NCBI GenBank assembly: GCA_030649345.1
Contig: JAUSKK010000016.1
Location: forward strand, 4,541 to 68,540
Length of the DNA stretch: 64,000 nt
Source of the DNA: Candidatus Iainarchaeum sp.
GTDB taxonomy: Archaea > Iainarchaeota > Iainarchaeia > Iainarchaeales > 0-14-0-20-34-12
Direction: 5' to 3'
The position numbers and the translations under genes are program-made. Position 1 is the first letter of the stretch, and every line of letters begins with the position of its first letter. The notes beneath the pieces are model-generated. The model was not told where the DNA came from. It ran no database searches and was given only the letters and a program-made list of their open reading frames with translations. Positions 47,701 through 57,821 of this stretch are shown one piece after another.

Positions 47701-48201
47701 TTAAAAGCTTTTCAAGAGCTTTTGTTTCCCCAATACTAATAGTATTTTACCAAGCGTTTCTTTTATACTATTATTGTTTTGCACGCAAACAACCTTTTTG
47801 GTGCCATATTTTCGTAAAGCATGCTTTTTACAATACTCTATGCCTTCACAAAAAACATTGTCCAATAATTTTTCCATTTTATACTGTTTGTATTCTAGTC
47901 TTTGCTCTAATAACTCTGGATGAACTTGCAAGACAATCGCTAAATCTACAGGTAACTTAATTTCGCAAACCATATGCCCTTCAATTACATAGTTTTTCAA
48001 GCCTTTAACCTGTTTTTCCAAAGCTTTCTTGAGTTTAGGCAAAGGAACTACTAACTCATTTTCTACAGTATCCCAGTGTCCAATATTTTGTTTTACAGAT
48101 ACTTCCATTTCATTAAAGTATTTGAGTTTCAGTTCTTTAGCTAAAGCTCGAGCAATAGTTGTTTTTCCTGTGCCTGGAGTTCCAGTAATTAAAAGACGCA
48201 T
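47701..48201 (-). CDS. adenylate kinase isoenzyme-6/Fap7-like nucleotide kinase
   Basis: P-loop ITGTPGTGKTT at the N-terminus. About 166 aa. Confidence 0.6.
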   Translation of the reverse strand: MRLLITGTPGTGKTTIARALAKELKLKYFNEMEVSVKQNIGHWDTVENELVVPLPKLKKALEKQVKGLKNYVIEGHMVCEIKLPVDLAIVLQVHPELLEQRLEYKQYKMEKLLDNVFCEGIEYCKKHALRKYGTKKVVCVQNNNSIKETLGKILLVLGKQKLLKSF

Positions 48202-48259
48202 ATTGAATTAATTAAAGAAGGAATTAAAGAACAAATGGCTATTGCCTAAACTCTAGGTA

Positions 48260-48652
48260 TTATTTGCGAGTTTTCTTTCGACTGCCTGGGCCATATTTTG
48301 GATTCCAGTCTGCTTGTGTTGAAAGGCTTCCCTGAGTTAATCTTTCACTTTTTTCTCTAACCTCTTCATAAGAAAGTGGTTTTTTACCACGGCTAACCAA
48401 GCGACCCTTTTCTAATTTAAGTTCATGTGGTTTAAGAAAACGATCAAAAGCTCTCAAATCAGATGCACGCTCAGCAGGTCCTGTGTGTGTAGTAAAACGA
48501 TTTCCTTTATTTCTTACTGATATATAATGAACCTGAGCCGAAACTCTGCCTCCACTAGTTCCACGGTCTGTAATTGTTGCACTCAAACGTCCGCCTGCTT
48601 TTCTTCTATTTGCAGTTGGTTTTTTTCTAAGTAAAGGTTTCATAAGTTTCAC
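48260..48652 (-). CDS. small Arg/Lys/Gly-rich basic protein (possible ribosomal or RNA-binding protein, unassigned)
   Basis: ORF track. Confidence 0.35.
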   Translation of the reverse strand: MKLMKPLLRKKPTANRRKAGGRLSATITDRGTSGGRVSAQVHYISVRNKGNRFTTHTGPAERASDLRAFDRFLKPHELKLEKGRLVSRGKKPLSYEEVREKSERLTQGSLSTQADWNPKYGPGSRKKTRK

Positions 48653-49177
48653 CTAAATACAATGCCTTAATTAGATTTAATTCTAACTTTTTCGAAACTA
48701 ATAGGGGCTTGGTAGGGGGGAATATGGGGTGAATAGCAAAACATTAATTTTTAGTAAAGGCTAGTTTATTGTCTTGTAGGACAAAGCCGCCTTTTTCTAA
48801 AATTTCAACTAGTTTTAGGGCTCTTTCTTGACTGATTTTGCCATGCATTTCATTCATTCTTTTCCCCCTCACACCTTCTACAATATATTCTAACTCCTTT
48901 ATATATCTACCGTTTAACAGAGCCTAAATTAACCCTCTTTTTGTTAATTAATAACTATATTTGGTTATTTTGCAAAATAGAGCTTAAAATAGCCTTATTT
49001 TTTATGTATATTTGCAAAATTAGAAAAAAATAATTTTTTAAAAAAAATAAAAAGTTTGGGCGTTATGTATATGTACTTTATTTTGCGTTTTTAGGCACTT
49101 TTGTTTAGTTCTAATTTTTTGACTTATTTTTTTCAAATCCAAAACCTATTTATACTTCTAATTCAATTATTTATTTT

Positions 49178-50275
49178 ATGCATAATTTTGTTCAAAAAAC
49201 ATCCATGCTTTTCTTGTTAGTCTTAGTTTTGGTTAGCTTAGGGTGTACTTCAAGTACTCCTTCAGATCAAACAACCAATTCACTGCCTGCAGACACTCAA
49301 ACAACACTTGGCCAATCGAATGATTCTGATACCACTGTTGATGGCACAGCTGGAACTAGTCCAGATACTGACGTTGTTGTAGTTGAATATGAATTTTCTT
49401 TGTCTTCCAGTGAACCTATTTCGAGTTTATCTGACTCTGAATTAAGCTCTGCTGCTGAAGGTTTTTCTAGAATAATTCCTAAAAAAGTCAAATTAGTAAA
49501 CAGTTTTTCGTTTTCAGATATTGAAACCATTTTAAGTAATTCTGAAGATCTGCAAAGTTTTGGATTTAACACTGTCTTGATTCGTATACCGTATACTGTG
49601 ACTTCAGAAGGATTATTTGAATTAATCCAAAAAGGAAATTTGTCGGAATCTGATACTGAAAAATTGTTTGAAACCTATGTTGTTTTAGCTAAACAAAAAC
49701 ATTGGGCTGTATGGATAGCTCCTTCTTTTTCAGTGTCTGAATCATTGATTGCATTGCCGGACTTTCAAGTTAAAGCCAAAGAACTTTCGTTTAAATGGGC
49801 TGCAGTTGCACAAAAATATTTCGCAGACTTTTTTTCTCCTGCAATTGTTATAGAATCTGCTTTTCAAAAATTAACGGATAGCGAACGCAGAACTTTAGAT
49901 GAGACTACTTCGTTTTATGAATCTATTGCATTTAGTTTGCCTACTTACTATACTGGCCCGTGTATTGTTTATTTAGCCAATTCAAGTCAGTCAGGTTATT
50001 TTAATAAAGGAACTTGCAAATGGGTGGCTTTTGATTTAACTAAAACTTCAAGTCAATTAACTGCTTCGATTGAACGATTTGAAGCCATTGCAGATAACTG
50101 GCAGGTAAAATTTATTCCAGTTCAAATTGTGGACGGAAAAGAACTATACTCAGACTTATTTACCGCACTCCAAGGACAAGAATTCGCTGGCGGTTTAGGC
50201 TTAACGAATTTGTCTTGGTTAAATGACAAAGAATTTAGAGATTCTTTTAAAGAATTTTTAATAGAATTTAAGTAA
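49178..50275 (+). CDS. secreted lipoprotein-like protein (LVSLGC)
   Basis: Signal peptide with a Cys. Ser/Thr-rich linker. Confidence 0.45.
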   Translation: MHNFVQKTSMLFLLVLVLVSLGCTSSTPSDQTTNSLPADTQTTLGQSNDSDTTVDGTAGTSPDTDVVVVEYEFSLSSSEPISSLSDSELSSAAEGFSRIIPKKVKLVNSFSFSDIETILSNSEDLQSFGFNTVLIRIPYTVTSEGLFELIQKGNLSESDTEKLFETYVVLAKQKHWAVWIAPSFSVSESLIALPDFQVKAKELSFKWAAVAQKYFADFFSPAIVIESAFQKLTDSERRTLDETTSFYESIAFSLPTYYTGPCIVYLANSSQSGYFNKGTCKWVAFDLTKTSSQLTASIERFEAIADNWQVKFIPVQIVDGKELYSDLFTALQGQEFAGGLGLTNLSWLNDKEFRDSFKEFLIEFK

Positions 50276-50291
50276 TTAATTTATGGTTGAT

Positions 50292-52184
50292 TTATTTTAA
50301 TCGTACCATATCCAAGTTTCTCATGGCTGTGCTTGGAATTTTCATTTTTTGAGAAATGTATTGAGAGAATGCAATGGCTTTGCTTTTTTCTCCATGATTG
50401 ACCAAGACTCTTTTTGGTTTTGGATTAATGCGTTTCAAATAACTTAACAATTGCAGAATATCGCTGTGTCCAGAAAAGCCGTCGACTGTTTCTATTCGCA
50501 TATTGATTTTCAATGCTTTGGTTCTTCCATGAGAATCTGTGATGGGTAATTCTTTGATTCCTTCTTGGATTTTTCTTCCAGTAGTTCCTTGTGCTTGGAA
50601 TCCTACAAAAATTAAAGTATTTTTAGGGTCTTCAGCTAATTCTTTAAAGTAATAATAACTCGAGCCTCCAGTTAACATTCCAGAACTGGCAATAATTACG
50701 GATCCGCCGTCTTCCAAAATTTGTTTTCGATCCAAGTTTTTGGCGTTCTTAAAAATTTCACTAATAAACGGAGAATCGTTTTGCAGAATTCTTCGTTTGA
50801 CTTTTTCGCGTAAATATTCAGGATATGCTGTATGCACTGCACTGGCTTCATTGGTCATTCCATCTACATAGCATTTGGGTTTCATTAATCCTGTTTTGAA
50901 AAAGTTTTCAATCACCAGCATGATTTCTTGTCCTCTCCCTACTGCAAATACTGGAATTAATACATTTCCGCCTTGGTCTATGGTTTGTTTTACAATGTCA
51001 AATAATTGTTTTTCTGCAATCTCTCGGTTCGGCTGATAATCTGATTTTCCTCCATACGTACTTTCAATAATTAAAGTTTCCAGTCTAGGATAATTCAAAT
51101 CAATATTGTCAAACAATCGAACAAAACCATATTTGATGTCTCCAGAGTAAACCAAATTATGGTCTCCTTCGCCTATGTGTAAATGAACACTGGCACTTCC
51201 TAAAATATGAGCTGCATTGTGTAAAGTTAATCGCATATCTGGGGCAATATCTGTAACTTTTCTGTAATCTCTCGGAATACAGTACTTAAGCATTTCTTTT
51301 ACATCGCGTTCCGAATACGGAGCGTCTCGTCCTTCTTTGGTTAATACATCAATAAAATCAAATTGCATTAAAGTCATTAAATCTCTTGTTGGCAGAGTAC
51401 TGTACACTGGTCCTTTGTATCCCATTTTGAATAAGTAGGGCAAAAATCCGCAGTGATCCATGTGCGCATGGCTAATGATCACAGCATCTAATTCACTTAA
51501 CGGGAAATGCAAGGTTTCCAAAAAAGGATACGAGTCTTTGGTGGCATTGGATACATTTAATCCGCAATCCAATAATACTTTGGTTTGCGGAGTTTCTACC
51601 AGCATACAACTTCGGCCTACTTCTTGAAATCCTCCCAATGCTCCTATTCGAACCCATTCTGCTTGTTTGTTGGCATCTCTATAAATTCGTTCAGCTACTT
51701 GTTTAAGAATTTCTTTTCGTTCTTTCGAATATTTGTTTAAATGATGTCGTAATCCTGTTAAAATTTCAGATTCTTGTGTTGGCGCTCGCACAATATTGGG
51801 AGTCCATCCAGTTTCTAGAATAATTCTTTTCGAAGTTTCTCCGCCTTTTCCAATAACCAGTCCTGGCTTTAAGGCTTCAATAACTGCTTCCGAAAAACAT
51901 TCATTGAATGTAATATCTTTGATGCCTGCATCCACTGGAATAATTTCTTTAATTTTTTCCAAAGCTTCATCTTTATCCATCAGTAAGCTTTTGTCGGTGC
52001 GGATATTCATCATTTTTTTTAATTCATGAGACAATTTGGAAACCAAATTATCGTTTTCAAAAAATGCTTTTGGATTTTTGGTGTAAATTGCAATTTCCGG
52101 TCCTTCCATTTCAATTTTAGTAATTTCTGCATTGTTAGGTGCAATATTGTGAATGGTTTCTTTAATTTGGTTTATAACTTCCAT
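50292..52184 (-). CDS. aCPSF1 (archaeal cleavage/polyadenylation specificity factor homolog; KH-KH-MBL-beta-CASP RNase)
   Basis: About 630 aa with an N-terminal KH region. HxHxDH motif (SHAHMDHCG). Beta-CASP C-terminus. Confidence 0.8.
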   Translation of the reverse strand: MEVINQIKETIHNIAPNNAEITKIEMEGPEIAIYTKNPKAFFENDNLVSKLSHELKKMMNIRTDKSLLMDKDEALEKIKEIIPVDAGIKDITFNECFSEAVIEALKPGLVIGKGGETSKRIILETGWTPNIVRAPTQESEILTGLRHHLNKYSKERKEILKQVAERIYRDANKQAEWVRIGALGGFQEVGRSCMLVETPQTKVLLDCGLNVSNATKDSYPFLETLHFPLSELDAVIISHAHMDHCGFLPYLFKMGYKGPVYSTLPTRDLMTLMQFDFIDVLTKEGRDAPYSERDVKEMLKYCIPRDYRKVTDIAPDMRLTLHNAAHILGSASVHLHIGEGDHNLVYSGDIKYGFVRLFDNIDLNYPRLETLIIESTYGGKSDYQPNREIAEKQLFDIVKQTIDQGGNVLIPVFAVGRGQEIMLVIENFFKTGLMKPKCYVDGMTNEASAVHTAYPEYLREKVKRRILQNDSPFISEIFKNAKNLDRKQILEDGGSVIIASSGMLTGGSSYYYFKELAEDPKNTLIFVGFQAQGTTGRKIQEGIKELPITDSHGRTKALKINMRIETVDGFSGHSDILQLLSYLKRINPKPKRVLVNHGEKSKAIAFSQYISQKMKIPSTAMRNLDMVRLK

Positions 52185-52375
52185 TTAAAATCCTCCGGAT
52201 TTTAATATATAAAATTCCTTGAATTTTATAATTGTAAAAATTCTTCAAATTTTTACAAATTTTTTAAATTTTCGTTAAAATTTAAATCCATAGTTTCTTC
52301 CCGAGTGTGTTTATATAAAAATGCAAAATAATTTTTTCCTAGCAAAAGGCATGCTAGTTTTTTTAGCTCTCTTTT

Positions 52376-53026
52376 TTAGTTGATTGTTCTATTTTTTTCT
52401 TCTTCTACTAATTTTTTGATAGCTTCGTCATCCAATAGTCTGGCTCCGTTTGTGTCAATGACCATGATGGTAATGCTTCGTCCGCCAGTATAAATGTCTC
52501 TTTTTTTGCTGGCTAAAATAGCGCGAGTCACTAAATGCAGTCCGTCATCTAAGTTCATATTGTCTTTATAGTTTTGATCCAATACAGTTAAAGCCAAAGT
52601 AGTTCCGCTTCCAGAAGTTGCAAATTGGCTGCGTTCTAAATATCCGCCAAAAGGCATTAATTCAAATAATTCTGGTTTGCGAATCATTCCAGCTAAAATA
52701 AATTGCACTTCAAAAGGGAAATATCGATTGGCATTTAATACATTGGATATGTAGGTTGCCATGGCTTTAGCTGTCATAGGCGTGTCTCGTTCAATTTCAT
52801 ATAATTTAGCATGGGCTTGCAAGAATCGAAGTAAAGTCATACTGTCTGCAACGCTTCCTGCAGTTGTAAGTGCTGTCTTGTCTGTGACTTTGTATATTTT
52901 TTGAGATTCTTGATCGTAGCTTAAATGCCCTAAAGTAGCTTGCATATCTGCAGCTAAAATAACCGCGTCTTTGACAACAATTCCTACTGTTGTTGTTCCT
53001 GTTTTCAATTCATTTTGTGAAACCAT
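52376..53026 (-). CDS. psmB: proteasome subunit beta
   Basis: Propeptide followed by the catalytic Thr (KTG|TTTVGIVVKDAVILAADMQAT). Confidence 0.8.
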   Translation of the reverse strand: MVSQNELKTGTTTVGIVVKDAVILAADMQATLGHLSYDQESQKIYKVTDKTALTTAGSVADSMTLLRFLQAHAKLYEIERDTPMTAKAMATYISNVLNANRYFPFEVQFILAGMIRKPELFELMPFGGYLERSQFATSGSGTTLALTVLDQNYKDNMNLDDGLHLVTRAILASKKRDIYTGGRSITIMVIDTNGARLLDDEAIKKLVEEEKNRTIN

Positions 53027-53144
53027 TAAAAAACCTGTTTTTTTTAAATTTTGTTACAAAATTTAAACCCATAAAAATTCCTGATAGAAACTAGAACCCT
53101 CTATATCCATGAACTACGGTTTATTTTAAAAAGGTTCCGTCCGT

Positions 53145-53873
53145 TTAGTTTTCTTCTTCACTGTGCTCATGTTCTTCGGTTTTATTGTAATTTTTTAAGT
53201 CTTCTTTTTTGAATTCATCAATGAATTTTACTTTTTTGACATCGTCTAAATATTTTAACAAAGCAACAGCTGTATGGTGTCTTCCGTGCATGGATTTAAA
53301 GAAATCTTTTCCATCCAATTCAATACTGACTTCTGCATTTCCGGACTTTACATTTTCGGAATTCACAAAAGGCAAATATTTTTTGGCAATGGCTTTCATT
53401 TTTTCATTTTTATCTGTAATTTGATCAACTACTTTAATATCATATTCTAAAGTTTTTCCTGCCAATGGGTGATTGAAATCTACGCGGACTCTTCCTCCGC
53501 TGACAGTTTGAACTCTTCCTTGCATATCATTTAAGCTAACTGCCAATCCTGGAACTGGCATAATGTTTCTGTTTTTAAATTCCTGTAATGGAACTAGGCG
53601 CACCAACTCTGCCTTTCGTTCTCCGAATGCTTTGCTTGAATTAATTTGAATGTTTTTGTTTTCTCCAATTTTCATTGTCTTTAAGTTTTCCTCTAATTCT
53701 GGCAAAATTTCATGGTTTCCTAAAATAAGTGTTAACGGCTGATAGTTGAAATCTTTATTGTAAATCCCTGCTTCAATGGCTTTTTGTTCATTCGTAGTAT
53801 CAAATATTTCTTGTTTTTCTTTGTCTTTTGCTGTAAAATCAATCTGTACAATATCTCCATCTTTTAATGCCAT
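53145..53873 (-). CDS. FKBP-type peptidyl-prolyl cis-trans isomerase (archaeal long type)
   Basis: N-terminus is MALKDGDIVQIDFTAK...IFDTT. Acidic C-terminal tail. Confidence 0.6.
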   Translation of the reverse strand: MALKDGDIVQIDFTAKDKEKQEIFDTTNEQKAIEAGIYNKDFNYQPLTLILGNHEILPELEENLKTMKIGENKNIQINSSKAFGERKAELVRLVPLQEFKNRNIMPVPGLAVSLNDMQGRVQTVSGGRVRVDFNHPLAGKTLEYDIKVVDQITDKNEKMKAIAKKYLPFVNSENVKSGNAEVSIELDGKDFFKSMHGRHHTAVALLKYLDDVKKVKFIDEFKKEDLKNYNKTEEHEHSEEEN

Positions 53874-54025
53874 TAAAAAACCTCCTTGTTTTTTAAAGTT
53901 TTTAAATTCTTCAAATTTATCGCCATTAGAAATCGTTTTTTTACTAGCTATTAAAGATATTAGTAAAAGGTATGTTTTTTAACCTTCTGTTAAGGCTGTT
54001 CAGAGTGTTGAATGAATAAAAATCA

Positions 54026-55570
54026 TTGATCCATAAGTTTATTCCATTAATTAGTATTCAACACTCTGCCGAACCAAATCCATGCCTTTTTAACTTTTTG
54101 TTTTATTATATATCTATTCACTATTCTGCGGGGATGTACTTGAATTCAAATGGATTAACTTCAAATCAAATTTTTATTATTGTAATTGCTGTCTTAATGA
54201 TTACATCTACAGTAGGCTTTTCTTTAGCTTTTGGAAACAATTCTTCTACTCAGCCAGTGGATGATCCTTTATTGAATCAAGCCAATACTTCTACATCTAT
54301 TGTTTTGGAAGCTAAAGAAGTAGAAGGAATCATTGATCGTTTTTTGCCTCAAGTTCGAATTGCAGGCTACACCGATAATTTGAATATTGACGAAATTGAT
54401 GCCCAAATTTTAGCCACGGATTCAGTTGAAACTGTTTTATCTTCTGAATTTTCGACCCAAGCCAATTCCAGTCAATTAGTTTATGTTGCAGATGTTGTTC
54501 TCCAACAAGACATTACTGCTTTAGATGCCGCAAATGAGTTAACTGAAAAAGCCAATTTTTTGTCTGAATTGCAAATGATTTCCAAAGCTTTAATTAAATT
54601 GCCGGAAAAAGTCACGGCAACCAATGCGGAATTAAATATTTCCAAAGAATATTCTTTGCCTCAGCCGTTTGTAGAAGCTTTAGCTCAGCTTACGTTTAAT
54701 GAAGGCGATATTGTTTTCTTGGATCTGCGAATGAATTTAGTTAACAATGTAATTCAAATCACCAATGCAGCTATTACTGGAAATGTCAGTCAAACACAAT
54801 TTGAATTTTCTACACAAGCTAAAGTTAAAGTTGCGGAATTAGAACCTAGATTGGTTTTTTCCGGAGAATTTATTTACTCTGGTTTTGACGTAAATGTCAT
54901 TGAACAAGAAATAAAAGAAGAAGTTCAAGACGTAAATGAAACCAAAGTTCGTGTTTATTTTGGTGAACGCAATATTTTGGTTGGATTAGAACTTATTCGA
55001 AATGATTTAAATATTCAAGATTTACAAGCATTGGCTGCAAGAGCTTCCCTCAATTTTTTAGGAAGTGAAATTTTAACTGACAACAACACAACCACTTTAG
55101 CTATTGAATACAACGGAGGTCAATTGGATTATTTTCTTATTCGGGAAGATTTACTGGCTGCACTTGAAGAAGCAGGCTATCAAAAAGATGTGGATTTTAC
55201 TTTTTTAGATACCCAAGCAACCATTCAAGGAGAAGTTGTTTTTTCCAGCCTTGAAGAAATGACTGCCAAAGTAATTGCTTTACGAAAAATTTTATCGGAA
55301 AAATACAAAATTACCACAACCGATGTTCCAGTTCATCAAGTCGCAAAACTCCAAGCCTTAGAGCCTTTAGTGGATTCGTCTCGAAATCAGTCATTTGATT
55401 ACAATACTTTGTTTTCGGGTCTTGTATTGGTCGGAAACCAAGTTAATGATGAAATTACTTTACCTATTGCAGTACAAGTCCAAGGCCGAACGATTACCTA
55501 TGCTCAAGGAGTTCAAGGAACCCAGCAAGACATAATTGTAACTCACGGTCCTGAAGAAGAATCTGAATAA
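54026..55570 (+). CDS. hypothetical membrane-anchored extracellular protein (start uncertain; possibly the internal Met before the TM)
   Basis: TM segment (IFIIVIAVLMITSTVGFSLAF). Confidence 0.4.
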   Translation: MIHKFIPLISIQHSAEPNPCLFNFLFYYISIHYSAGMYLNSNGLTSNQIFIIVIAVLMITSTVGFSLAFGNNSSTQPVDDPLLNQANTSTSIVLEAKEVEGIIDRFLPQVRIAGYTDNLNIDEIDAQILATDSVETVLSSEFSTQANSSQLVYVADVVLQQDITALDAANELTEKANFLSELQMISKALIKLPEKVTATNAELNISKEYSLPQPFVEALAQLTFNEGDIVFLDLRMNLVNNVIQITNAAITGNVSQTQFEFSTQAKVKVAELEPRLVFSGEFIYSGFDVNVIEQEIKEEVQDVNETKVRVYFGERNILVGLELIRNDLNIQDLQALAARASLNFLGSEILTDNNTTTLAIEYNGGQLDYFLIREDLLAALEEAGYQKDVDFTFLDTQATIQGEVVFSSLEEMTAKVIALRKILSEKYKITTTDVPVHQVAKLQALEPLVDSSRNQSFDYNTLFSGLVLVGNQVNDEITLPIAVQVQGRTITYAQGVQGTQQDIIVTHGPEEESE

Positions 55571-55643
55571 AATTAGTATCATTTAAATAAAATTAGTTTT
55601 ATTTTTTAGTACTTTTAATTTTTAAAAGTTTTCAATTTTGAAA

Positions 55644-55976
55644 TCATTTTTTTAGCAAAGTAATTGCTTTAGCAATATCTTGATCATTTTCTTCCAAGGC
55701 TTTTCGTGCAATTTCTTTGGAAACATTGGCTTGTTCTGCCACCAGTACAATATCTTCTTCTGAAAGATTTTCTTCTATTTTTTCTTTGCCCATTATGGTA
55801 TATGTTTTTTGTCCTTGCATTTCAATGGCTGTTACATTGGGTTGTTCAATTATAATTTTTTTCCCATTTTGTTCAATGATAACGCGTACAGCTGGAATTT
55901 CTTGAGATTTAATGCCCAATTGCTGCATCATTTTTTGCATTTGTTTGGGGTCCATTCGACCCATTCCAGGAATCAT
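55644..55976 (-). CDS. nascent polypeptide-associated complex protein (NAC alpha, archaeal) with C-terminal UBA-like domain
   Basis: NAC domain followed by EEDIVLVAEQANVSKEIARKALEENDQDIAKAITLL. Confidence 0.7.
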   Translation of the reverse strand: MIPGMGRMDPKQMQKMMQQLGIKSQEIPAVRVIIEQNGKKIIIEQPNVTAIEMQGQKTYTIMGKEKIEENLSEEDIVLVAEQANVSKEIARKALEENDQDIAKAITLLKK

Positions 55977-56036
55977 TCAATCACGTCAGTAATTATGTAC
56001 AGTAACTTTAATATATCATTTTACATTAATTGGTAT

Positions 56037-56699
56037 ATGGTTGTAGACAAAAATCAGGAAAAAATCATTTCGTCTCTTGAAGACTTGAATTCATTTGTGC
56101 AAATTGATTGGGTCAAACAAGAAGCCCGCAAGCAGTCATTAACTCATTATTTTGCCAGCGGCGGAGTTATTCGTATTCAAATTAATTCAGCTCAAGAACC
56201 TACATTGGTTTATCCCAATAAAAATCGTGTCAAAAATTTGCTGGAAACCAAAAATAGTCTTAAACAAAATTATTCACAAAAATTAAATTTATGGCAAAAA
56301 AAATTAACCGAAGCCAAATTCTTTAACACCATGAATGAATTGAAAAAATTCACCAGTCCTGTTTTTTGGAAACATATTCAAAAATATTTTATGGACCCGG
56401 AATACAAAAAGCACGCCGACAGTATTCAATTGCCTGTGGCTTTAGTGAATGATCCGAGATACAAGCCTATGATTCAAATGTTTGTACGCGATCCAGATTA
56501 CCGAAAACAATTGGTAGACACAGTTCAAGAATCTGTAGTGTATGCCAACAACCGCAAAGTTGCACAATTTGCTGAATTTGTGCAAGACTTCCGAAAACAA
56601 GAATGTTTGCGCAGAATCAAAGAATTGGACCACAAAATTGCAGAATTAAATTTAGACATTCAAGCCCTGCAAGAACTCAACAAAAGGTCTTTGTTTTAA
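56037..56699 (+). CDS. hypothetical protein (220 aa from the internal ATG of track ORF 55809..56699)
   Basis: The upstream part of the track ORF overlaps the NAC gene on the opposite strand. Confidence 0.4.
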   Translation: MVVDKNQEKIISSLEDLNSFVQIDWVKQEARKQSLTHYFASGGVIRIQINSAQEPTLVYPNKNRVKNLLETKNSLKQNYSQKLNLWQKKLTEAKFFNTMNELKKFTSPVFWKHIQKYFMDPEYKKHADSIQLPVALVNDPRYKPMIQMFVRDPDYRKQLVDTVQESVVYANNRKVAQFAEFVQDFRKQECLRRIKELDHKIAELNLDIQALQELNKRSLF

Positions 56700-56704
56700 T
56701 TATT

Positions 56705-57403
56705 TTATTCAATTCTTGTAATCACATAACAAAAACTATCTGGAATATGAAATTCTTTTATAACACGCTTTTTAGAATAGTTTACAATTTTAACTTGAAT
56801 GCCTGGAATTTTCCTCAGATCATGCAATAATTCCAAATCAGAAGAATTAAACACAATCTTTCCGCCTATTTTCATTTTTGGCAGCAATCTTTTAACATCG
56901 AATGGAATGTTACTTGATTTAGACAAACCATAATGAGAATATGCATAATCAATTTTTTTCTTGCCAAACAATCTTGGAAAATCGAAACTGCTTTCATGGA
57001 CAAATTCTACATTTCTGTTTTCTTTCCATTCATCATAAAATTCTTCTGAAAAACCAAAACAACGAGCATTCGGAAAAGCTTGTGCCAATTCTGTAATGGC
57101 CGTGCCTTTTCCGCAGCCATAATCCACAATCACTGGTTTTTCACTTTTTTGAACTCTAACCCGAATGGCTTTCACTAAATCAAAACCAAAAGTTTGACTA
57201 ATTCTTGCCAAAGAAGAAGAAACCAAACTCCATTGCCTGCCGCTAAATATTCGCGTTGTTCTAGGCCTTGTTTTTGATTCAAGTTCTGGGCGAAAAATAG
57301 TGGCTGTATGTTTTGGATATACTGGCTTTCTGGGCGAATTTCGTTTTCCATATACTGGCATACAATCATTAAACTGTTTTTCAATAAAAACCTTCTTTTT
57401 CAC
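56705..57403 (-). CDS. class I SAM-dependent methyltransferase
   Basis: Motif I VIVDYGCGKGTA. Confidence 0.6.
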   Translation of the reverse strand: MKKKVFIEKQFNDCMPVYGKRNSPRKPVYPKHTATIFRPELESKTRPRTTRIFSGRQWSLVSSSLARISQTFGFDLVKAIRVRVQKSEKPVIVDYGCGKGTAITELAQAFPNARCFGFSEEFYDEWKENRNVEFVHESSFDFPRLFGKKKIDYAYSHYGLSKSSNIPFDVKRLLPKMKIGGKIVFNSSDLELLHDLRKIPGIQVKIVNYSKKRVIKEFHIPDSFCYVITRIE

Positions 57404-57475
57404 CGGAAATACCGGAAGTCTACCTCCGAATTCTTTTTAAATAAAAAAATTCCAATTTGTTTGGAGTGTGGTTAA

Positions 57476-57721
57476 ATGAAGCCAATTAAAAAATTTAATT
57501 CAGGAACCATCAGCGCAGCTGTATGGGAAAACAGCGGAAAAGAAGGAAATCAGTTTTACACTGTAAGTATGCAGCGCAGTTACAAATCTAAAGAAAGCAC
57601 TGAATGGAAACAAAGCCATTCTTTGCGTGTACACGACTTGCCCAAAGCAGTTCTGGTCCTGCAGGAAGCTTACAAATTTCTGGCGTTAAAAGAACCCAAT
57701 GGAGCCACTGAAGGATTATAA
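57476..57721 (+). CDS. small hypothetical protein
   Basis: ORF track. Confidence 0.3.
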   Translation: MKPIKKFNSGTISAAVWENSGKEGNQFYTVSMQRSYKSKESTEWKQSHSLRVHDLPKAVLVLQEAYKFLALKEPNGATEGL

Positions 57722-57770
57722 ATTCTAAAATGGGGTCTTGAGGATTATAACTCAGAGAAACTCTTATAAA

Positions 57771-57782
57771 TATGTGCACATA
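57771..57782. promoter_or_regulatory. perfect 12-bp palindrome upstream of the antitoxin gene (candidate operator)
   Basis: tatgtgcacata. Followed by a Shine-Dalgarno-like ggggtga before the ATG at 57822. Confidence 0.45.
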
Positions 57783-57821
57783 ATTTATTTATTACACATA
57801 TTTTATAGGGGGTGACTTTAA

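Noticed and set aside
55809-56036. N-terminal extension of track ORF 55809..56699
   Set aside because: It overlaps the NAC gene on the opposite strand. The internal ATG at 56037 is the more plausible start.
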